NCBI GenBank assembly: GCA_044225365.1
Contig: JBGAIQ010000025.1
Location: 16,937-80,936, forward strand
Source: Planctomycetota bacterium
Lineage (GTDB): Bacteria > Planctomycetota > B15-G4 > JADJEK01
Direction of reading: 5' to 3'
Length of the DNA: 64,000 nucleotides
Shown one piece after another: positions 58,071 through 64,000 of the stretch. Each line of letters begins with the position of its first letter. Position 1 is the first letter of the stretch. The notes below the pieces were generated by a model, which was given only the letters and a program-made list of their open reading frames with translations, made no database searches and had not been told where the DNA came from. The position numbers were made by a program, and so were the translations under genes.

Positions 58071-59645
58071 CTATCCGCCGACGATCGCGTCGACGAACGG
58101 TCCGTAGCCTTGGACCGCGACGCGGTGCATCGTGAAGTGCATCGCGCGCAGGCCACCCAGTTCCTCGCCGCCGCCCGCGCGTCCCGGTCCGCCGTGCTTC
58201 AGTTGAGGCAGCGCCGTACCCGGGCCGATCGAGCCGCCCGCGGTCTTCTTCGTGCCCATCACCACGCGGCCATGCGACGCGGCGAACGCGTGCACGCAGT
58301 CCCTCAGGAACGCGCGATCATCGCTGTAGACCGCGGCGACGAGCGAGCCGCCGCCCGCCTTCACGCACGACCGCATCGCGATCGCATCATCGTATGCGAT
58401 GAGCGTCGAGACCGGGCCGAAGACCTCGATCTCGTTGACGGCGTTCGGGAGTGTCGACAGTTCGGCTTCGAAGAGGGTCGGCGCCATGAAGAAGCCCTTG
58501 CCCTCGAAACCCGGTTTGCAGACGAGTCGCGGCGAGCCTTCGTGCGCGACCTTCCCGCCCGCGCGGAGCTTGCCGAGCGCTTCCTTCGCCGCGGCGAGCG
58601 CGCCCTTTCCAGCGAGCGGGCCCATGCGCACGCCGTCGAGCGACGGATCGCCGATCTTCGAGTCGTCGAGATCCATGAGCCGCGAGACGAGGGCGTCCTT
58701 CACCGCCTCGGAAAACGACGCCGGCACGAATGCGCGGCGGATCGCCGTGCACTTCTGACCCGTCTTCTGCGTGAGGTCGCGGTAGACGTCGTTCACGAAC
58801 AGATCGAACGTCTCGCTGCCCGGTTCGACGTCGGCGCCGAGGATCGCGGAGTTCAGCGAATCGGCCTCCACGTTGAGGCGGATCGACTTCGCCCGCACGT
58901 TTTGCATCTGTCGCAGATGCGCGCCCGTCGCCGCGGAACCGGTGAAGCCGATCGCATCGCGTTCGTCGAGCGCTTCGAGCATCCCGACGGGCTGGCCGAG
59001 CAGGAGTGTGAGAGCGCCTTCGGGAAGGATCCCGCTCTCGACGATCCGCTCGACGAGTCGCGCGGTCATGAACGACGTCGCCGTTGCCGGTTTGCAGACG
59101 ACGGGAACGCCCGAGAGCCAGGCCGCCGCGGCCTTCTCGATGAATCCCCAGGCCGGGAAGTTGAACGCGTTGATGAGCAGGGCGACGCCTTCGATCGGCA
59201 CCCACACGTGCTGACCGACGAGGCGCGACGACGCGCCGATCGCGATCGCGTCGCCATCCTTCAGCCAGCTGCCGCTCTCGGGCAGCGTCGCGCCGAGCTC
59301 GGCGTAGGCGGCGAGCACGCTCGCGGCGCCGTCGACGTCGAACTTGGCATCGCTGCGCGTATTACCGGCGTTGAGCACTCCGAGATCGAGGAGTTCGTCC
59401 CGCTTGCCATGCATGAGATCGGCGAGCTTCTTGAGCCGCGCGGCGCGCTCGCGAAAGGGCAACGCGCGGAGGTTCTTCGCGCCCGTCTCGCGCGCGAACG
59501 CGTACGCCCGCACAACGTCGACTCCGCCGCTTCGCACTTCGGCGACGACCTCTTCGGTCGCGGGGTTCAGGAGCGGAGTCGGAGCGCCGGATCCGGCGAC
59601 GAACTCGTTGGCGACGAAGCTACGCAGCGATGCAGGGTCGGACAT
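58071..59645 (-). CDS. PaaZ/BoxD-type aldehyde dehydrogenase (3,4-dehydroadipyl-CoA semialdehyde dehydrogenase-like, no MaoC domain)
   Basis: INAFNFPAWG..EK, FTGSA, EADSLN, GQKCTAIRR, EVFGPV and HGGPGRAGGGEELGG. True start is ATG 59645; the track ORF runs on through the repeat array. Confidence 0.88.
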   Translation of the reverse strand: MSDPASLRSFVANEFVAGSGAPTPLLNPATEEVVAEVRSGGVDVVRAYAFARETGAKNLRALPFRERAARLKKLADLMHGKRDELLDLGVLNAGNTRSDAKFDVDGAASVLAAYAELGATLPESGSWLKDGDAIAIGASSRLVGQHVWVPIEGVALLINAFNFPAWGFIEKAAAAWLSGVPVVCKPATATSFMTARLVERIVESGILPEGALTLLLGQPVGMLEALDERDAIGFTGSAATGAHLRQMQNVRAKSIRLNVEADSLNSAILGADVEPGSETFDLFVNDVYRDLTQKTGQKCTAIRRAFVPASFSEAVKDALVSRLMDLDDSKIGDPSLDGVRMGPLAGKGALAAAKEALGKLRAGGKVAHEGSPRLVCKPGFEGKGFFMAPTLFEAELSTLPNAVNEIEVFGPVSTLIAYDDAIAMRSCVKAGGGSLVAAVYSDDRAFLRDCVHAFAASHGRVVMGTKKTAGGSIGPGTALPQLKHGGPGRAGGGEELGGLRAMHFTMHRVAVQGYGPFVDAIVGG

Positions 59646-59708
59646 GAAATTCTCTCGCGACTTGGCGTGGGCCGAACGGGGACCTCGGGAGGATACCTCA
59701 GGGAGATT

Positions 59709-60320
59709 GGACCGCCACGCTCCAGCGTGGCATACGTTCTTCCCATCCATGCCAGGCAGAGCCTGGCGCTCCCCCATATTCGGACCGCCACGCTCCAGCG
59801 TGGCATACGTTCTTCCATTCCCTCGGTCCCGTGGCTTCGGACCGCCACGCTCCAGCGTGGCATATGTTCTTCCCATTCCATGCCAGGCAGAGCCTGGCGA
59901 CGTTCTTCCATTCCCTCGGTATTCGGACCGCCACGCTCCAGCGTGGCATATGTTCTTCCCATCCATGCCAGGCAGCGCCTGGCGCTCCCCATTTCGGACC
60001 GCCACGCTCCAGCGTGGCATACGTTCTTCCATTCCCTCGGTCCCGTGGCTTCGGACCGCCACGCTCCAGCGTGGCATATGTTCTTCCCATTCCATGCCAG
60101 GCAGAGCCTGGCGCTCCCCCATATTCGGACCGCCACGCTCCAGCGTGGCATACGTTCTTCCATTCCCTCGGTCCCGTGGCTTCGGACCGCCACGCTCCAG
60201 CGTGGCATATGTTCTTCCCATCCATGCCAGGCAGAGCCTGGCGCTCCCCCATATTCGGACCGCCACGCTCCAGCGTGGCATATGTTCTTCCCATCCATGC
60301 CAGGCAGCGCCTGGCGTCCC
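59709..60320. repeat. BIME-like array of 9 direct REP copies with two alternating linker types (CRISPR mimic)
   Basis: GGACCGCCACGCTCCAGCGTGGCATA(C/T)GTTCTTCC at 59709, 59782, 59839, 59925, 59996, 60053, 60127, 60184 and 60257; linkers recur. Confidence 0.9.
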
Positions 60321-60345
60321 CCGCGCCGGGCAGAGGTCCGGGTCG

Positions 60346-60945
60346 TCACAACCGTTCGGAAAGCTCGCCGAGAGCGCGGAACAAGCGCATGCGGGCGGTG
60401 CCCGGGGCGATGGAGAGCGACTCCGCGATCTCGGCGTGCGACATCCCGGCGAGGCGTGCGAGCAGGATCACCTCGCGATGTTCGTCGCTCAGGCTCTGGA
60501 AAGCGCGCTCGATCCGCTCCTGCGCCTCGAGGCCCATCGCCATCTCGCTCGGCGAACAGACGGTCGCGTAGATCGCGGAGAGGTCGCGCGGCGCGACGCT
60601 TCCGCCGTCATCCTGCGGCGTGTGCGGCCGCACCAGGCGCGCGGGATCGCGGCGCTCCGCATTCCAATACTCCGCGCGATCCGCGATCTTCCGCTCGGCC
60701 GTCTTGTAGAGCCACGCCTTGAACGCGGCCTCGCTCGGAAACACGAACCGATCGAGATTCTCGATCACGTCGCGGCAGGTCGATTGGACGACGTCGCTCG
60801 ACGACTCGAGCGCGCGCAGCTTGGGTCCACAACGCAATCGGATCCACGCGTGGAGCGCGGGCAGGTGCCGTTCGAGCAACTCCGCAACCGCCGCCGAGTC
60901 GCCCTTGGCGGCCCTTTCCGCAAGTTCCAGCTCTGACGCCGTCAT
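60346..60945 (-). CDS. ECF sigma factor (planctomycete kinase-associated type)
   Basis: 'RAAKGD.AA..EL', 'SSSDVVQS', 'FKAWL', 'SPS..A' and 'LSDEHREVILL..EIAESL..GTARMRLFRAL'. Confidence 0.9.
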   Translation of the reverse strand: MTASELELAERAAKGDSAAVAELLERHLPALHAWIRLRCGPKLRALESSSDVVQSTCRDVIENLDRFVFPSEAAFKAWLYKTAERKIADRAEYWNAERRDPARLVRPHTPQDDGGSVAPRDLSAIYATVCSPSEMAMGLEAQERIERAFQSLSDEHREVILLARLAGMSHAEIAESLSIAPGTARMRLFRALGELSERL

Positions 60946-60977
60946 GTAGACTCTCGCGTTCGAGAGGTCAGCATCCC

Positions 60978-63900
60978 GTGAGCCACGGCGACGACTCGCA
61001 ATCCCCCGCGAAAGACCGAGGAGGCGATCTCCCCGGACTCGTGGCCCTCGCGCTCGCCGCGCTCGAGGACGGCGGCGACGCGGCCCTCGAAGCCTTCCTC
61101 TCGGCGCATCCGGAGCACGCGGACGCTCTGCGCGCGCGACTCGCTTCCTTGCGCGCGGCGGGCTTCATGCCGAGCGATCGCAAGGATTCGCCGCTCCGCG
61201 ACGCAACCACTAGGCTCCCCGATCGCATCGGGGAGTTCCGGCTGCTGCGGCGCCTCGGTGGCGGAGGAATGGGCGTCGTCTTCGTCGCCGAACAGGAACG
61301 TTTGAACCGCCTCGTCGCCCTGAAGATCCTGCGCCCCGAGTATCAGTTCTTCGACAACGCGCGCGATCGGTTTCGTCGCGAGATCGAGGTGCTCGCAAGT
61401 TTGCAGCATCCGAGCATCGTACCCGTTTTCGCGGGGGGTGAGGACGCCGGGGTCCAATACCTCGTCATGGAACTCGTGGAAGGAGCGACGCTCGACGACA
61501 TCCTCACGATCGTGCGCGGCAAGGATCCCGCAGCGCTGCGCGGCGCCGATCTCCTGGACGCGGTGGAGCGCGCGACGGCCGAGCGAGCGACCGCGGATCC
61601 CGCAGTCCGTCGCGGCAGCCGCGTGACCGAGGACGCCTCGCGCATCGCGTCGGGCACCTGGATCGCAGCCTGTCTTCGCATCGCGAGGCGGATCGCCGAG
61701 GCGCTCGCGCACGCGCATCAGCGCGGCGTGCTGCATCGCGACGTCAAGCCCAGCAACATCATGCTGACGCCGGACGGCCGCGTACTGCTGCTCGACTTCG
61801 GACTCGCGCGGGACGACAAGCTCACGGCACTCACGTCGAGCGGCTCCGTTCTCGGCACGCCGGCGTACATGAGCCCCGAGCAGATCACGGGCAATCGCGG
61901 CGCCGTCGACGCCCGCAGCGACGTGTACTCGCTCGGCGTGACGCTGTACGAGATGCTCACGCTGCACTCTCCGTTCGCCGCGGATTCGGTCGAGGCGACG
62001 CGTGCGCTCGTCGTCGCCGGCAATCCTCCCCCGCCTCGATCGCTCAATCGCGAACTCCCGCGCGACGCCGAAACGGTCTGCCTCGCCGCTATCGATCGCG
62101 ACATGCCGCGGCGATATCAGAACGCATCGGAGTTCGGCGATGACCTCGCCAACGTCCTCGAGCTGCGCCTCGTGCGCGCGCATCGGGCGTCGTTCTTGTT
62201 GCGACTACGTCGAGCCGCACAGCGGCATCCGGCCCGCGCTGTCGCGATCGTCGCGACGGCGCTCGCCATCACGCTCGGCCCGTCGTTCATCGCCTACAAC
62301 CAGATGACGGTCGCGCAGGTGAAGTCGGACGCGCTCGCGCGAACACAAGAAGCGCTCGATCACGCGACGCGCCGTTTCGCGCTCGCCCACGAAGCGATCG
62401 ACACGCTGCTCTCGAAGGTCGCGACGGAGAAACTCTTCTCCGTACCGCGAATGCAGCCGTTGCGGCGCGATCTGCTCGAGAGCTCGCTGCGGTTCTACGA
62501 GCGCCTCCTCGACGACGCCAAGGTCTCGGAAACGGCGCACGCCGGAGAGACGAGCAGCGAAGCCTCGATTGCCGCCGCGATGGACGTCGCGAGAGCATCG
62601 GTCCAGGCCGGGCGACTTTCGTCAGAGCTCGGTCGAACCGACGAGGCCCTCGCGGTGCTCGATCGTGGCGAGCAGATCGCGCGCCAGCTCCGCGACGGTC
62701 CGAACCGCCCCGCCGAGATCGACTCGGTTCTCGCGATGCTGCTCTCGACGAAGAGCACGACCCTGAACGACTCGGGTCGACTTCCCGAGGCTCTCGACGC
62801 GATCGACGAAGCGCTCCGTCTGCGAGATCCCGCTACCGATGTCGACGACATCCTGAGCGATCGCATCAAGCGCGCCACGTTCCTCGGCTTGCTGGGACGC
62901 ACCGAGGAGGCGATCGCGGCGCATCGCGAGGTTCGCGCCGAAACGGACGCGGAGCTCGATCGCGTGAGGGGCACACCCGCGGAGCGCGGCGCGATCGAGC
63001 GCGCGCTCGGCAATCGCTGCCGGCTGAGCGCGCTCCTGTCGTTGAAGACGCGCTACCCCGAGGTAGTGACGGAGACCGAGGAAGAGCTCGCATTCGTGGA
63101 ACGTGAGGACGTCGGCCGTTTCCAGGATGTGCTCCTCGACGTCATGGTCGCGAGACTGCTCGTCACCCGCGGCGGCGCTCTCGCGCTGCTCGATCGATTC
63201 GAGGACGCGAAGTCGGTGCTCGATCGGGCCCAGCGCGCCGCGCAGGCCGTCCTCGACGTGTTCCCGGATTCTGCGGAGGCGCTGCGAATCGTCGCCGCCG
63301 CGCTCAACGACTACGGCACCGCTCTACAGCTCGAGGCCGAGAAACGGCGATCGAAGGGTGAAGCAGCCGCGATTCCCGACGATCCGCTCGTGCCGCTGAA
63401 CGAGTCCGCGACGATCCTTCGCAAGATCCTCGCGATCGACCCCTCCGTCATCGATTCGCGATCGAACCTCGCCGCGACGGTGATGAACATCGGATCGCTG
63501 GAGCTCGACCAGGAGATCGGCGATTTCGGTCGCGCTCGTTTCGAGGAAGCGCTGCGCCTCGTCGACGAAGTACGCGCTGTCGCCGCCACCTGGCCGAACT
63601 CCGGCAACATCATCTCCAATGCCGCGTGGTACCTCGGAATGGCCTGCCGCCGGGCCGGCGACCCGCGAGCCGCGGTCGAGGCGTCGCGGAGGATCACCGA
63701 AGGCCATCCCACCGATCCTCGCGCGCCGCGCATCCAGGCCGGCATCGTCGCGTCCTGCATTCCCATGCTCGACGACGACGACTCGATCGATGAGTCCGAG
63801 CGCGCGCGTCTTCGTGATCTCTGGAAGGTCGAGGCCGTAAAGCTGCTCGACGCGGCGGCGAAGCTCGGCTGCGCGGACGCCGAGATCGTGACGACGCGAC

Positions 63901-63989
63901 CGGATTTCGATTCGATCCGCGGAGTCCCGGGTTACGGCGACGCCCTCGCCGCGCTGGCGGCGAACGCAGCGAAGGCCCCCGAGAAATGA
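60978..63989 (+). CDS. Hanks-type Ser/Thr protein kinase with TM helix and TPR-like C-terminus
   Basis: LGGGGMGVV, VALK, HRDVKPSN, DFGLA, GTPAYMSPEQ and DVYSLG motifs; helical repeats. Confidence 0.95.
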   Translation: MSHGDDSQSPAKDRGGDLPGLVALALAALEDGGDAALEAFLSAHPEHADALRARLASLRAAGFMPSDRKDSPLRDATTRLPDRIGEFRLLRRLGGGGMGVVFVAEQERLNRLVALKILRPEYQFFDNARDRFRREIEVLASLQHPSIVPVFAGGEDAGVQYLVMELVEGATLDDILTIVRGKDPAALRGADLLDAVERATAERATADPAVRRGSRVTEDASRIASGTWIAACLRIARRIAEALAHAHQRGVLHRDVKPSNIMLTPDGRVLLLDFGLARDDKLTALTSSGSVLGTPAYMSPEQITGNRGAVDARSDVYSLGVTLYEMLTLHSPFAADSVEATRALVVAGNPPPPRSLNRELPRDAETVCLAAIDRDMPRRYQNASEFGDDLANVLELRLVRAHRASFLLRLRRAAQRHPARAVAIVATALAITLGPSFIAYNQMTVAQVKSDALARTQEALDHATRRFALAHEAIDTLLSKVATEKLFSVPRMQPLRRDLLESSLRFYERLLDDAKVSETAHAGETSSEASIAAAMDVARASVQAGRLSSELGRTDEALAVLDRGEQIARQLRDGPNRPAEIDSVLAMLLSTKSTTLNDSGRLPEALDAIDEALRLRDPATDVDDILSDRIKRATFLGLLGRTEEAIAAHREVRAETDAELDRVRGTPAERGAIERALGNRCRLSALLSLKTRYPEVVTETEEELAFVEREDVGRFQDVLLDVMVARLLVTRGGALALLDRFEDAKSVLDRAQRAAQAVLDVFPDSAEALRIVAAALNDYGTALQLEAEKRRSKGEAAAIPDDPLVPLNESATILRKILAIDPSVIDSRSNLAATVMNIGSLELDQEIGDFGRARFEEALRLVDEVRAVAATWPNSGNIISNAAWYLGMACRRAGDPRAAVEASRRITEGHPTDPRAPRIQAGIVASCIPMLDDDDSIDESERARLRDLWKVEAVKLLDAAAKLGCADAEIVTTRPDFDSIRGVPGYGDALAALAANAAKAPEK

Positions 63990-64000
63990 GCCGCGCCGGG

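Noticed and set aside
59646-60281. Repetitive N-terminal extension of the aldehyde dehydrogenase (736-aa track ORF)
   Set aside because: Recognisable ALDH sequence begins at ATG 59645; the extension is translated REP array.
59709-60320. CRISPR array
   Set aside because: Spacers are not unique (two recurring types, one itself an inverted sister repeat), periods vary from 57 to 86 bp, there are no cas genes or AT-rich leader, and the same unit is dispersed at other loci.

Overview
A 64-kb, roughly 67-70% GC bacterial chromosomal window. Its gene content suggests an uncultured Planctomycetota-type organism (inference): ECF sigma/Ser-Thr kinase pair, carboxypeptidase-regulatory-like repeat proteins, FG-GAP protein and PDZ protein. 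Most of it is housekeeping or envelope genes (A2M-pbpC, mutS, thiD, purB, rnr, nadC, comEA, rlmL, rlmD, hemE, modA, an ABC exporter), plus one tRNA-Gly(GCC). I see no integrase, transposase or cas gene. The strongest candidate for something undescribed is at 18977-20596 (-). The ORF track splits this into two ORFs, but they are one reading frame interrupted by a single TGA in a G-U-L-C context, with a bacterial SECIS-like hairpin 17 nt downstream. That points to an unannotated exported selenoprotein with a C-terminal DsbD-N-like domain. Other items: a structured minus-strand ncRNA candidate with its own terminator (38116-38340); a co-varying REP/BIME-like palindrome family in four clusters, one of which mimics a CRISPR array; recurrent leaderless-type promoters; an ECF-TM-FGE fusion; a head-to-head ECF/kinase pair; and a shared C-terminal domain on two unrelated secreted proteins. 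All family calls come from motif recognition by eye, with no database searches.
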